Part shown: in pieces, positions 19,548-30,192 of the stretch
Position numbering within the stretch: position 1 is the first letter of the stretch
Layout of the letters: each line of letters begins with the position of its first letter
Assembly: GCA_965248265.1 (NCBI GenBank)
Contig: CBDFJF010000002.1
Coordinates: forward strand, 3,872,001-3,936,000
DNA: 64,000 nucleotides
Reading direction: 5' to 3'
DNA from: Candidatus Latescibacterota bacterium
GTDB taxonomy: Bacteria > Latescibacterota > UBA2968 > UBA8231
Notes under the pieces: generated by a model
Told to the model about the DNA's origin: nothing
The model's input: the letters and a program-made list of their open reading frames with translations, nothing else
Database searches by the model: none
Translations under genes and position numbers: made by a program

Positions 19548-21591
19548 GTCGAGTAGCCGAGGCCCTGTCATGCGGCCCCGGCCCTCACCAGATCCCAGCG
19601 AGCAGATTTCCCGCACTGGGCTCCTCCATTGACACGTCTCGCGGTTAGGAAAACCAGATCGATACAACGATCCGGGGTCTTGGGAGTGGATACTGCCGGA
19701 GCAACCCCCGGTAGTATCGCTCCCACGTCAGGCGCGATCGCTGGCTACGTCGATTCAACCACTTGTACCACGCAAACATCGCTGCGGTAGTGAGTTGGGT
19801 TACGCTGTTCCCATTCCCGCTGATACCGAAGTAGTTGATGTGGCCTTGGATGCGCCTTACGAGGTCGGCGTGCTGCTTTGGTATCGGCCAGTTCCGATGG
19901 CGACGGCACAGCCGATACAGGGCCTGCACAGACCGCTTGAGCCGATCACGCCGTGTCTTGCTCGTCAGCACCCATCGACCATTCGGGGCTCTCCGCCAAA
20001 ACCACGTGAAACCCAGAAGGTCGAAGGTACCTGGCCCTTTACCCTTCGTCTGCTCCTGTGGTGGCCGCTCGAAAGGGATGAGCCGGGTCTTGTCTGGCTG
20101 CAGGGTTAGTCCGTATTTGTCCAGCCGCTTGCTCAGCACTGCCCTCACGCGCTCGGCATCCTCCGGCAGTTCGAAACCAATGATGAAATCATCGGCGTAT
20201 CGGACCAACGTTGCTCTACGACGCAACCGTGGTCTGATCTCGACTTCAAACCACTCGTCGAGGACGTGGTGCAGGTAGAGGTTGCCAAGCAGTGGCGACA
20301 AACAGGAGCCCTGTGCGGTGCCTCGGTCCGGCGTAGAAAACTGTTCGCCATCCAGCACCCCAACGTGCAAGCACTTCCCCACGAGCCGGGTGATCGACCC
20401 ATCGGGAATCCGCTCCCGGAGAAACTCCATCAGTTTGGATCGATCCAAACTGTCGAAGTAGGATGTAATATCCGCCTCCAGAATGACCTTCGCTTCCCCG
20501 TTCATCACCACCCGATTCAACACCCGCAGAGCGTCGTGGGCACTGCGTCCCGGACGGTAGCCGTATGAGCAATCCCGAAAGTCCTGCTCGTAGACCGCCG
20601 ACAGCACCTCGCGTAACGCCTCCTGGACAATCTTGTCCTCGAAGCACGAGATGCCAATGGGACGAGTCTTCTTGCCTTTGCCGTCCTTGGGGATGTGGAC
20701 TCTACGAATGGGCTGGTGGCGCCACCGCTTAGTGCGCAGTCGCCGGTGCAGATCCTGCAGATTCCTCTCCAGGTCCTGCCCATACTGCTCCTTGGTCACG
20801 CCATCTACCCCGACTGCAGCGCTCGGCTTTTGATGGTCGAACGCCCTACGCAGAGCTTCCACGTCGATCAGGTGTGCCAGCGAGTGAAACTTGGCCTGCG
20901 GCTCTCGCCTCGCTCTCTCCGCTACCTCCAAAAGTCCCGGTGACATGGACCCCGAAGTCAATGCATCGGTCATGGTGCCCTCCTGAAGTTCGTGTCAACA
21001 CGGACCGCCTTGGCTCCGCCGGGTCCAGCTGCCAACCGTTCCCCGACTTCTCAGCTACTACACGGTCCTCCGACTCCCCATGCTCCATCGGTCGCCGCTC
21101 CGGTTCCCCTCGCAAACGACCTACCACGGTGCCCACGCTTGTTCTTAATCGGCCACGCGTGCGTGTGCTGACGCGTGGCGCGTCGGAGACTTCTTCACCG
21201 GCTCTCCGTAGCACCGGAATCAATCCGTGGAGAGGCTGGGGCCTCCCAGGTTCCTGGGTCATCCTCTGCGAGCGTGCCCTGGTCGTATCACACCCCGCCG
21301 GGGTGTCGTCGCCTTGCCCACATAACGCCGACGACACTGCTGCCTTCAGGTAATCCGGCACCCTCAGCTATCCCGGAACGGTCTCATTTCAGGGCCGCAA
21401 TCCCACAGCCCGCTCGCTCACTGCCCTACTGCTTCGCCTGCCCCGTTACCGGGAACACACGCAAGGGCTCGTTTCTGGCCTGCCGGGCTCAGCTTTGGCC
21501 AGGCGGGTTTTGCACCCGCGGGACGACTAACCGTATTTCAAGAAAGTATCACCTCCTTCTATTCCTACGGACCAGACTTGCCTGGTCGCAT
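19548..21591 (-). mobile_element. Group II intron, apparently complete
   Basis: 5' end ATGCGACC at about 21591; domain V GAGCCCAGTGCGGGAAATCTGCTCGCTGGGATC with AGC triad; domain VI ending CTACTCGAC at 19548; internal RT ORF. Confidence 0.88.
19645..20973 (-). CDS. ltrA: Group II intron reverse transcriptase/maturase, no endonuclease domain
   Basis: GVDG, RPIGI..DKIVQ, SYGYRPGRS, GTAQG..SPLLGNLYL, RYADD, domain X WLNRRSQR. Confidence 0.95.
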   Translation of the reverse strand: MTDALTSGSMSPGLLEVAERARREPQAKFHSLAHLIDVEALRRAFDHQKPSAAVGVDGVTKEQYGQDLERNLQDLHRRLRTKRWRHQPIRRVHIPKDGKGKKTRPIGISCFEDKIVQEALREVLSAVYEQDFRDCSYGYRPGRSAHDALRVLNRVVMNGEAKVILEADITSYFDSLDRSKLMEFLRERIPDGSITRLVGKCLHVGVLDGEQFSTPDRGTAQGSCLSPLLGNLYLHHVLDEWFEVEIRPRLRRRATLVRYADDFIIGFELPEDAERVRAVLSKRLDKYGLTLQPDKTRLIPFERPPQEQTKGKGPGTFDLLGFTWFWRRAPNGRWVLTSKTRRDRLKRSVQALYRLCRRHRNWPIPKQHADLVRRIQGHINYFGISGNGNSVTQLTTAAMFAWYKWLNRRSQRSRLTWERYYRGLLRQYPLPRPRIVVSIWFS

Positions 21592-21651
21592 CCGGACACA
21601 GAGTCCGATGGGCACCAACAGGACCCGATCGGAAACGATCAACGACGATAG
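21592..21651. repeat. Tandem pair of 11-7-11 sites; the first is split by the intron (left part at 19541-19547)
   Basis: TGCCCGT|CCGGA cacagag TCCGATGGGCA and ACCCGATCGGA aacgatc AACGACGATAG. Confidence 0.7.
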
Positions 21652-21715
21652 AGGATTCAAATCGTACCCCTGTGCTGGGTCCGCATTGATTCGTGATCCG
21701 CAACGGGCTGCTTTC

Positions 21716-22105
21716 ATGAGGTCAAAATCTATGTACTATGCCGTCTTGCTTCTCCTGGCTAGCTGTGCTTCTCATGGCACTGGCAGCTCAGCGCTCATTG
21801 GGGATTGGACCATCGAGATGACTAAGCATGACCATCACATCAAAAAGACGATGAGGTTTGAAGCAGATGGTGTATACCAGGTTGTGATGAAAACGAGAAT
21901 GGCTGCAGCAAATGCAGACACTCAGTGGCGCGAACACACAGAGATTGGCACTTGGCGGATCGATGGCGACACCCTGTTCACGCATTTTGCGACTCTGGAT
22001 GTGCATCCGAAAATGCTTTACACAGTGAGAAGCGACACTCTTTTCCTTGGAGCGACATATGACGGCACTACTAGGTTCGTCCCCCACCTCAGAGAGATAG
22101 AATGA
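21716..22105 (+). CDS. Small lipoprotein, lipocalin-like beta protein
   Basis: LLASC lipobox, LIGDW, GTWRIDGDTL. Confidence 0.7.
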   Translation: MRSKSMYYAVLLLLASCASHGTGSSALIGDWTIEMTKHDHHIKKTMRFEADGVYQVVMKTRMAAANADTQWREHTEIGTWRIDGDTLFTHFATLDVHPKMLYTVRSDTLFLGATYDGTTRFVPHLREIE

Positions 22106-22165
22106 ATGCCGTTTCGGCGACAACTGTCGCTGGTCTGTGACGTCGCTATACGCAATTCGCTCAAG

Positions 22166-22225
22166 CGCCGGTCGGAGACAGAATCCGACGGTCAGCTGAC
22201 CCTCGAATCTTCCTTGTGATTGTTC
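22166..22225. repeat. Tandem pair of 11-7-11 sites
   Basis: CGCCGGTCGGA gacagaa TCCGACGGTCA gc TGACCCTCGAA tcttcct TGTGATTGTTC. Confidence 0.7.
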
Positions 22226-22283
22226 GAGGCCGAGTCCATCTTCCCCTGTTGAGCCCTGGACGCCTCGGCGTTGGAGAGAAATC

Positions 22284-22718
22284 GTGGAGGAACCCTTCAA
22301 CGTCACACTTGAGGAACGCCCCACGAACGAGGACCTGGAAATCGTTCGCAAAGGGCTCGCATCCTACAACAGAGCGAACGCACCCGAAGACGACCACCAA
22401 CGCATGTCGATCCTTCTACGCGACGCCAATGATCTCGTGATCGGTGGTGCGCTTGGCGGGACGTATTGGGGCTGGCTTTACATCGACTGGCTTTGGGTAG
22501 ATGAACCGGCTCGTCGGAGCGGGTACGGCAGTGCTCTACTTGCTGCTGCGGAGCGGGAAGCCGTTGAGCGTGGATGCCGATACGTACATCTCAACACTCA
22601 CTCGTTCCAAGCTGTGGAGTTCTACGAGCGCCACGGATATCGCAAGGCGGGTGAATTGCCGAACCTACCATCGGGACATATCAAGTTCCTGCTCTGGAAG
22701 GAATTGCCCGAGCGGTAA
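22284..22718 (+). CDS. GNAT N-acetyltransferase
   Basis: LWVDEPARRSGYGSALL, TxSFQAxxFYExxGY. Confidence 0.92.
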   Translation: MEEPFNVTLEERPTNEDLEIVRKGLASYNRANAPEDDHQRMSILLRDANDLVIGGALGGTYWGWLYIDWLWVDEPARRSGYGSALLAAAEREAVERGCRYVHLNTHSFQAVEFYERHGYRKAGELPNLPSGHIKFLLWKELPER

Positions 22719-22733
22719 TTAGTCCGATGCTTG
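22705..22733. repeat. 11-7-11 site containing the GNAT stop codon in its spacer
   Basis: TGCCCGAGCGG TAAttag TCCGATGCTTG. Confidence 0.6.
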
Positions 22734-22796
22734 GTTCGTCGGGAAACGACCGAACTGACGCGAAATTGTCCGTCCACCCACAAAGCATAGTCTGCA

Positions 22797-23597
22797 ATGA
22801 CTGATTCTAATCTTCCACGCAAACGAGCATCCCATCGCGAAATGTTAAGGGACGCCTGGGGCGACTACCACGAAGCCTACATGGACTTCAACCTGAAAGA
22901 GGTGCCGGACTTTCACAGGCGGTACGCTGAGGGCGCTGTCACGCTAGACTCTGATGTCGTGGAACTCGTTGGTGATGTGTCCGGGACGCATCTCCTGGAT
23001 ACCTGCTGCGCCGGTGACGCGAAACAGGCTTTCTCTTGGGAGAATCTAGGGGCGCGAGTCACGGCCTGTGACATCAGTCCGGTGGCGATTCGAATTGCGA
23101 AAGAAAACGCAGCCAAGATCGATTCGAACGTCACGTTCGTCGAAGCTGATGCACAGACCTTGGACCCGATACCCAACAATAGCATCGATATAGTGGTTGC
23201 CACATACATCTGCTGGTTCGAGGATCTGTTTTTGTGCTGCCGCAACTGGCATAGAGTCCTAAAGACCGCTGGTCGATTGGTTCTGACCCAGGGCAATCCA
23301 GTTATGGAGTGCCTATCGGAGCGCGATGGCATCTTCACGGTCGAAAGAGACTACTTCGATACATCACCCGAGTACTACCGCTTTGATGGAACTCCGTTAG
23401 CTGATAAACACGGCGGTTGGAAGGGAGAGCGAGAAATCGTCGAGTTCTTCCATCCCTTCGCTGAGGTTGTGAATGCGATCGCCGATGCCGGATTTCACAT
23501 TCGACGACTTCAAGAATTGGAGAGTTGGGATAATGTCGATAGTGAGAAGGATGTACCACGACTCCCGGTAGGAATGGCCATCTTGGCAGAAGCGTGA
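22797..23597 (+). CDS. Class I SAM-dependent methyltransferase
   Basis: LLDTCC, CDIS, ADAQTL, RVLKTAG. Confidence 0.88.
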   Translation: MTDSNLPRKRASHREMLRDAWGDYHEAYMDFNLKEVPDFHRRYAEGAVTLDSDVVELVGDVSGTHLLDTCCAGDAKQAFSWENLGARVTACDISPVAIRIAKENAAKIDSNVTFVEADAQTLDPIPNNSIDIVVATYICWFEDLFLCCRNWHRVLKTAGRLVLTQGNPVMECLSERDGIFTVERDYFDTSPEYYRFDGTPLADKHGGWKGEREIVEFFHPFAEVVNAIADAGFHIRRLQELESWDNVDSEKDVPRLPVGMAILAEA

Positions 23598-23679
23598 CTC
23601 TTCGCGTCACACGTCCGTGTCCCACTTTGGCTTTGGCACGCATTGGCGCAACCGCGGCTCAGCAAATGGGAGCTCGTCC

Positions 23680-23708
23680 CGGTAATCACTTCTACAGACC
23701 GATGCTCG
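23680..23708. repeat. 11-7-11 site
   Basis: CGGTAATCACT tctacag ACCGATGCTCG; close to the copy at 49957. Confidence 0.7.
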
Positions 23709-23709
23709 G

Positions 23710-23805
23710 TTTTACCCGATATTTTGTGTTACGACCAAAAGTTCGTGTACCAACCCGTTTTTCTGAAATTACGCGCACCTTTTGTTCACATATAAGCAGT
23801 TATGA
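23710..23805 (+). other. Putative attI-like site (AT-rich, ends CATATAAGCAG|TTATGA)
   Basis: GTT at 23799 starts a cassette (complementary to R'' at 27184-27198) but no attC fold precedes it. Confidence 0.55.
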
Positions 23806-23945
23806 GAAATGCCAAAAGCTTGCTCCATATTTCGTGTTGATTGCAAGTCGTTAGTTTTTGTCCAAGATGCTCGCCATGGTTATTTGTTTGAGCGGGGGAT
23901 CGTAACAGCCTACGTCTACAATTTTTTGGAAGGATAAGGTCTCCT

Positions 23946-26900
23946 ATGATAGCCAGACCCAAAGGCACTGCCAGGCGAGTAATCAAGGCCGTCGCGCTGG
24001 TCACAGCGGGCCTCGCGTTCCCAGCCACAGCTCAATTCTACGAGCGAGCTACCGCCTATCGAACACCCACACCCATCCAGATCGACGGTCAGCTCGATGA
24101 GGTCTCGTGGACCCTGGTCGCGCCCCTGGGACCGTTCAGAGATATAGAGTCGGGTGAAGCGGTGACTGCGACGACCTTGGCGCGCCTACTCTGGGACGAC
24201 GACAATCTTTACATAGCCTTTGAGTGCGAGGATGCTGACATCCAGGCCACGAAGACGGGTCGAGACCACAGACTCTTCGAGGAAGACGTGGTAAATATTA
24301 CACTGGGCTTGGCAACACAGGGTGAAGTCATCGACATCGAAATAAACCCTCTCAACGCTTTCAGCGATACGTACTATGCGGGGCGCTGGCAGGACGAAGA
24401 GGTGGATAGAGATTGGGACGCCGTGGGCATACAAACCGGCGTGCATGTAAGGGGCACGATTTCCGATTCCGAGGACCGGGACCAGAAATGGACCGTGGAA
24501 GTGGCAGTCCCCTGGCAACTCTTTGAATCTTTTGACCAAAGGAGTCGTCCTCTCCCCCCCACCGATGGAGATCTATGGCGCTTGGGTCTGTTCCGCGTCG
24601 AACGCTCCGCCACTGAAGGGGCCTTTGAGGCACAGGCTTGGTCTCCCACGAAAACCCTAAGTACTGGCTGGCCCGAACGATTTGGCGCCGTCCTTTTCTC
24701 CACCGCGACCGTGGCATTCGAACGGCCCGTTTTGACGCTCCAAGGTTTCCAGCTTGGCGGCCTTTCTGGTGCAGCACGGCACCGTGATTTGTCCGCCTCA
24801 GGCGGGGAACAGACGCTCAGACTTGTGCTCAGAAACCACGCGCCCCGTGCGACGGGCATGGTCACGGCTCTGCTGCGGAGCGAGAATCCCCTGGTAGCGG
24901 TGCTGGATTCGCTGGTCAACATCGGAACGATTGACGGCGAGACCGAGGTGCTGACCGATGCCTTCCGTGTCCAGGTCGGCGATGGCTATACAGCACAAAG
25001 GCCATTGCCGATGCTGCTCTTGCTCAAAGACAACGACGGCCGACGATGGATCGAGAGTCTGGACCTCTACCTCGACGGCATAGAAGACCGGCCTTACACG
25101 CTTGGCGACATCGAGGGTGAGAAGAAAATCACTCTGGTGAAGAAGTGGCGCTACCATGCCGCGACGACCTCTTATGGGCCGAGCCACACTACGACGATAG
25201 CGAGTGGGAGTTGGTCAACCCGCTGCTGTTACCCGGCAGCCTGCCTCAGGATGGTTGGCCGGGCCGCGGTTGGTTCCGCGTGCGCGTCGCCATCGACTCC
25301 ACCCTGTGGAATGTGCCCCTGGCCCTTGAGCACGTGCAGACAGGCGCATCTGAAATCTATCTGAACGGCCGACTTCTCTATTCTTCCGGCAAGATCGGAG
25401 CAGACCAAAACGAAGAAGAACCCTATGTGGAAATCTTCGCAGGGACTGATCCCAGATCGTTCATTTTCGATCGGCAATACGACCAGGTTATCGCCGTCCG
25501 CTATTCAAATCTCTCCCTCGATAAATTCCACTTGCACCACTTTCAGGGAGGGTTTGGTCTGGTCTTGGCAGACTTGAACGAGAGCATTGGCAATCGTGTC
25601 GAATGGGTCTCGAAGCAGAGAGTAGCACAAGCGATAACCACATCCGTCGCCGCGCTGCTTGCCCTCCTGCATTTGATGCTTTTTCTGTTTTACCCCAAGG
25701 CGCGGGAAAACCTCTACTACGCCATCGCGACGGCTCTTTTCGCGGTTTTCTTCTACTCCATCGTACAATGGTCCCGCGAGACGGATCCTGAGTTGATGTT
25801 CTACGGCTTCCATGTCATGGAAGTGTCCGTTTACCTTGCCCTCATCGCGACCCTACGCTTTGTGTATGCTGCTTTTTACGAGAGCTTGCCCAGGCTATTC
25901 TGGATCCTGTTCGCCTTGAGCCTGATTGCGAACATATTCGAATTCCACCGCGATAGTGGTCCCCCGCTCGCCATGGCTGCAAGTGTTCTGCTCCTAATCG
26001 CGGAGCTGTTGCGATCCATGTTCAAGCAGATCCTCGCTCGAAAACCAGATACGTGGATCATTGGCATGGGATTCCTCTGCTTGATGATGGGCATGGTCCA
26101 TTTCGTAATGGTTGTGTTTGACGTCATCTTGCCAATCGTTGACGGCCCTGCCCACCTCTGGGGCATGCTGGCACTGCTGGCATCGATGTCCGTTTACCTG
26201 ACCCGCACCATCGCTCAGACGAACAAGGACAGAGATTTTGTCCAGGGCGCCTTTGGCCAGTACCTCTCCCCCGCCGTTGTCGATGAGCTCATGGCCAACC
26301 CCGACATGGTCAACCAGCTCGGCGGTGAAGAGCGTGTCATGACTGCCCTGTTCTCCGACATCGCCAGTTTCTCTACCATCTCCGAGCGCCTCACCCCCGG
26401 CGAGCTCGTGCACTTCATCAACGAATATCTAAGTGAGATGTGCGCCATCATCGAAGAGTACGGCGGCACCATCGACAAGTTCGAGGGTGACGCTATTGTC
26501 GCGTTCTTCGGCGCACCCCTCCACTTCGACGACCATGCCGAGCGAGCCACCCGCGCCTGCCTTGATCAGCAGCAAAAATTGGTAGAATTGCGCCAGCGCT
26601 GGAACGAAGACGGAGCGTTACCCCCAGCGTTGTGCGAGTTGCGCTCCCAATGGCAGGCAGAAGGCCGCGTGTTCGCCCAGGTGCGCATGGGCCTGGCCGC
26701 CGGCCCAATGGTGGTGGGGAATATGGGCTCGCAGAACAGAACCGACTATACCATGATGGGCGATACGGTTAACCTGGCCGCCCGCTTTGAAAGCGGCCAG
26801 AAGATCTATGGCACCGATATCATGGTTAACGAACAGATCTACGAGCGGGTCAAAGAGCTGGTCGAGGCTCGCCAACTCGACGTGATCCAGGTGATGGGCA

Positions 26901-27157
26901 AAGAGGAGCCGGTAACGGCTTATGAGGTGCTGGCTCGCAAGGACCACCTGAGCGCAGAAAAGCGGGAGACGCTGGCCCTCTACAATCAGGGCTTGGCGGC
27001 CTACCACGCCTTCGAGTTCACCGAAGCGCTGCGACTCTTTGAGAAGGCGCTCGAACTGGACCCCCAGGATGGCCCTGCGCTGCTTTATGTTGATCGCTGC
27101 AAGGAATTCGCTGCGGATCCGCCGACAGATCTGGTTTTTCGGGCTCGGGCTAAGTAA
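23946..27157 (+). pseudogene. CBM9-like + sugar-binding + multi-TM + class III adenylate/guanylate cyclase + TPR protein, single frameshift near 25161
   Basis: IDGxLDExxW..WDDDNLY (CBM9-like); WRYHA[G]DD junction restored by one G; FSDIASFS, DKFEGD, GDTVNLAARFE. Confidence 0.85.
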
Positions 27158-27191
27158 CTAACGCCTAAACAAAGCCGGGAGGTGGCACATC

Positions 27192-27280
27192 TCATAACAA
27201 GCGCGTTTCCGCTGCGCGGCTTGCGCCGCTTGGCCTCTGGCAACCCACTTTGTGGGTTCGGAAACGCCTGCACGTTATAT
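27192..27280 (+). other. attC site (branched family)
   Basis: TCATAAC..CGTTTCCG / CGGAAACG..GTTATAT. Confidence 0.88.
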
Positions 27281-27305
27281 GAAATTGAGAATAGGTGACC
27301 ACAAT

Positions 27306-27629
27306 ATGAGACTTCATGGCGTTTTAACTTGGTTCACAGCTAACCGACACGGACTGATTCTTGGCCTTGTTGTTGGCGTGATTGCTCCGCCGTTTCTTGC
27401 GATGTTCGGGCTTGTCATTGCGTCCCCTGAGGTTGTACGCCCCCTCCTTATCGGACCATTTGATCTCATGGGAAGCTTCATTCCTTCCGTCTTAACCTCA
27501 CCGAACAGCGGCTACATTCCCTGGTACAAGTGGATTCTGACTTTGGGATTTAACGGTATCTGTTATTCTATGTTGGGCGGAATTGTTCAAAGCGTCATCC
27601 GCTTCTGGGCCTCTACACGTGAACGGTAG
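27306..27629 (+). CDS. Small membrane protein (cassette)
   Basis: Hydrophobic ORF directly after an attC. Confidence 0.65.
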   Translation: MRLHGVLTWFTANRHGLILGLVVGVIAPPFLAMFGLVIASPEVVRPLLIGPFDLMGSFIPSVLTSPNSGYIPWYKWILTLGFNGICYSMLGGIVQSVIRFWASTRER

Positions 27630-27639
27630 TCTCAAGGTC

Positions 27640-28953
27640 TGCAGCAACCGGGCTGATAGGTAACAGTCTAAACCGGGTTGATGGGTGACACTATTGTTTT
27701 GATTGAATTCACTCCCGTACGATCATGTCCCTCTCGTCGACGGTGGCTAGGAGGACGGTGTTGAAGTAGATGGCCCAGACGCCGTCGTCGATCTCCTCGA
27801 GACCGATGTCGAGATGCTTGAGAGACTGAGCGATGAAGATGAGCTTGTGGCCGAGGCGTATGGTCCCGGCTCGGGTGACGTGCTTGATGACGAAGTGACC
27901 GGGGTACTCAATGGTCGGCATGCGGCCGGGATAGGGCCGGGGTGATGGGTGGTACCGGGAGCCAGGAGTCTTGCCGTTGAGGGCGTCATGGGGACGCTCG
28001 TCGTTGTAGAGCTGTCGGAAGCGCTGGAAGGATCGCTGCTGGGCGGCCTTGTTGGCGGCGGGTGGCCGACAGGTAGCGGCCTTCAAGGTGCGATGCATGC
28101 GTTCGTGGGCGCCATTTTCCTGCGGCGATGCCGGGCGGATCCGCTGGTGCACGATGCCGAGCCTCATCCACCAAACGTTGAGTCGGCATAGCCCATGCAA
28201 TCCTCTGGAAGCAAAGGGAACGCCGTTGTCGGTGCGAATGGCCTGAGGCAGGCCGAATTCGCGGAAGGCTCTCTCGAAGACCGGACGCGCATGCAAGGTC
28301 TTGATGTCGGGCAGGGCGCGGCAGGTCAGGAGATAGCGAGTGTGCTGATCGCTGATGGTGAGAGGGAAACACCAAACTCCGTTCTTGGTAGGAAATTGGC
28401 CTTTGAAGTCGGCCGTCCACAGATCGTTGGGGTTGTCGGTGGTCGGCGGCACGGCTCCGGGGTGCTGACGTGGGCGTCGTCGTCGTCGCTTCTTCACCAG
28501 GCCTTCGCGCACCAGCAGATCGCCTGCCGTACTGACCGCCGGCCAGGAGCAGATGTGCGGATGTCGAGGCGCCAGCCAGTCCAACAGTTTGTTCGGTCCC
28601 CAATCGGGGTGCCGTGTGCGCGCTCCGAGAATGAGCTCGGCAATCTCTGGCGCCATGCGATGCGGACAGGTGTGGGGCGCGTGACTGCGGTCCTGTAACC
28701 CGGGCACCCCCTCTTCGGCGTGCCGCTGAAGCCACTTGTATCCGGTTTTGCGGCTGATCCCGTATCGCTCGCACAGCTCCGCTCTCGAGTAGTGCCCGCG
28801 CTGATCGTCGGCGATAAATCGCTTACGTTGTTCCATGGGTGCTGTCTCCATCCAGGGCATCGACCAACCTCCCAATTGGGGTTGGTCAAAAAGTAGAAGG
28901 AGTGTCACCCATCAACCCGGTCAGATGTGTTACCAATCTACCCGGTTTGTACC
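27640..28953 (-). mobile_element. IS481-family insertion sequence
   Basis: About 50-bp terminal inverted repeats, each holding two TGTYACCHATCWRCCCGGT units; exact ends uncertain by a few bp; sits between a cassette ORF and its attC. Confidence 0.85.
27709..28860 (-). CDS. IS481-family DDE transposase
   Basis: MPWMET, GISRKTGYKW, WTADFKG, RTDNG, NGAHERMHRTLK. Confidence 0.93.
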   Translation of the reverse strand: MPWMETAPMEQRKRFIADDQRGHYSRAELCERYGISRKTGYKWLQRHAEEGVPGLQDRSHAPHTCPHRMAPEIAELILGARTRHPDWGPNKLLDWLAPRHPHICSWPAVSTAGDLLVREGLVKKRRRRRPRQHPGAVPPTTDNPNDLWTADFKGQFPTKNGVWCFPLTISDQHTRYLLTCRALPDIKTLHARPVFERAFREFGLPQAIRTDNGVPFASRGLHGLCRLNVWWMRLGIVHQRIRPASPQENGAHERMHRTLKAATCRPPAANKAAQQRSFQRFRQLYNDERPHDALNGKTPGSRYHPSPRPYPGRMPTIEYPGHFVIKHVTRAGTIRLGHKLIFIAQSLKHLDIGLEEIDDGVWAIYFNTVLLATVDERDMIVRE

Positions 28954-28962
28954 GTCAACTTC

Positions 28963-29053
28963 ACCTAACAGCGCGTTTTGCGCTGCGGCGCGTTCGCGCC
29001 TTGGCCTTCGCCAACCCGCATTCGCGGGTTCGCAAACCGGCAAACCGTTAGCC
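28963..29053 (+). other. attC site (branched family)
   Basis: ACCTAAC..TTTGCG / CGCAAA..GTTAGCC. Confidence 0.9.
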
Positions 29054-29155
29054 GAAAGCAGGTAGAATTCATTGCGGAAGCGTATCGACTGAACCTTTAG
29101 TTCTCATCAGGGACCAATTTCACGATCCACGCTGTGCTTGACAGGGAGAGATTCT

Positions 29156-29608
29156 ATGTCGGCCATACATCACATTGGACTTCGCGTCTCGACCAGCGGT
29201 GAGCGGGCGAAGGGTTTTTACGACGCAGTGCTGGAGGGCCTGGGATTTTCGTCACCTTCAAGTAACGGGGTGTACCTAAAGGATGATCTGATTGTTCTGG
29301 TTGCTCCCGCAGAGCATAAGGAGAAACATAAACACGGAGCGATCGGTTTGGGCCATCTGGCTTTTTCGGTCGATTCACGGGAAGCAGTGGACACGTTTTA
29401 CAATGAAGTGCTTCTCAACCTGGATGGTGTCACTATCGAAGACCCACCAGTTGACTGCCCGGAGTACGGATACGAGGAGTACTACGCCACATTCTTCTAC
29501 GACGTAGACGGCATCAAACTGGAAGTTGTCTACTCAAAGGGGATTTGCACCTGGGCGGAAGCGGAGCCGGTTCGACCATTCAGGCGAAGTTCAGATCAAG
29601 CTTCGTAG
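29156..29608 (+). CDS. VOC/glyoxalase family protein (cassette)
   Basis: HHIGL, FY..LG, HLAF, YYATFFYDVDGIKLE. Confidence 0.9.
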   Translation: MSAIHHIGLRVSTSGERAKGFYDAVLEGLGFSSPSSNGVYLKDDLIVLVAPAEHKEKHKHGAIGLGHLAFSVDSREAVDTFYNEVLLNLDGVTIEDPPVDCPEYGYEEYYATFFYDVDGIKLEVVYSKGICTWAEAEPVRPFRRSSDQAS

Positions 29609-29644
29609 GGCGCTCACTGCGGCAATGCAGAAGTTATCGCCTTC

Positions 29645-29737
29645 GGCTAACAACACGTTTGCCGCTGCGCCGCCCTTTGGGCGTCTTGGCCTGCGGCAAC
29701 TCGCTTCGCGAGTTCGGCAACCGGTGAAACGTTATCG
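29645..29737 (+). other. attC site (branched family)
   Basis: GGCTAAC..GTTATCG; TTCGGCTAAC complements cassette start GTTAGCCGAA. Confidence 0.9.
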
Positions 29738-29780
29738 GTAATGGGGTGATGCGGTTAGACCAACATGAGAGGAGGACAAA

Positions 29781-30077
29781 ATGTGGGGATGGAAAACAGT
29801 GGAGAGGCAGATCACCCCGAGTATCTCACTCGAGAACGCCCGGGACTTACTGATCGAGGAGGGCTTTTCCGAGCATGTTGCAAACCCAAACCATATCATC
29901 ATGAAGCGTTCCGGGACCCAGCTTGCCGTATCAGGCGAGAAGTTCCCCGTAGAGTTAGCGGTCGCGCAAGCAGAAACAGGTCTCTTTCTCCAGCTTCGAT
30001 ACGATACTTTTGCCCTGTTCGACACCGGAGACCTTGGTCGATTAGCCGACTCACTCGCCGAAAAGCTGTCCCAATAG
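29781..30077 (+). CDS. Hypothetical protein (cassette)
   Basis: RBS AGGAGG; fills the cassette. Confidence 0.75.
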   Translation: MWGWKTVERQITPSISLENARDLLIEEGFSEHVANPNHIIMKRSGTQLAVSGEKFPVELAVAQAETGLFLQLRYDTFALFDTGDLGRLADSLAEKLSQ

Positions 30078-30086
30078 CCCCACAAC

Positions 30087-30174
30087 CGATAACAGCACCG
30101 TTCGCGCGGCGCGCCGTTCGGCGCTTGGCCTTCGGCAACCGCTTCGCGGTTCGCAAACCGGCGAAACGTTATAC
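30087..30174 (+). other. attC site (branched family)
   Basis: CGATAAC..GTTATAC; ACCGATAAC complements GTTATCGGT. Confidence 0.9.
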
Positions 30175-30192
30175 GAAATCCTTTGAGTGATC

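Noticed and set aside
19645-20973. RT as retron, DGR or defence RT
   Set aside because: It has a maturase domain and flanking intron domains V/VI
23604-23680. Possible degenerate attC after the methyltransferase
   Set aside because: Its start resembles the 30770 site, but both AAC and GTT are absent
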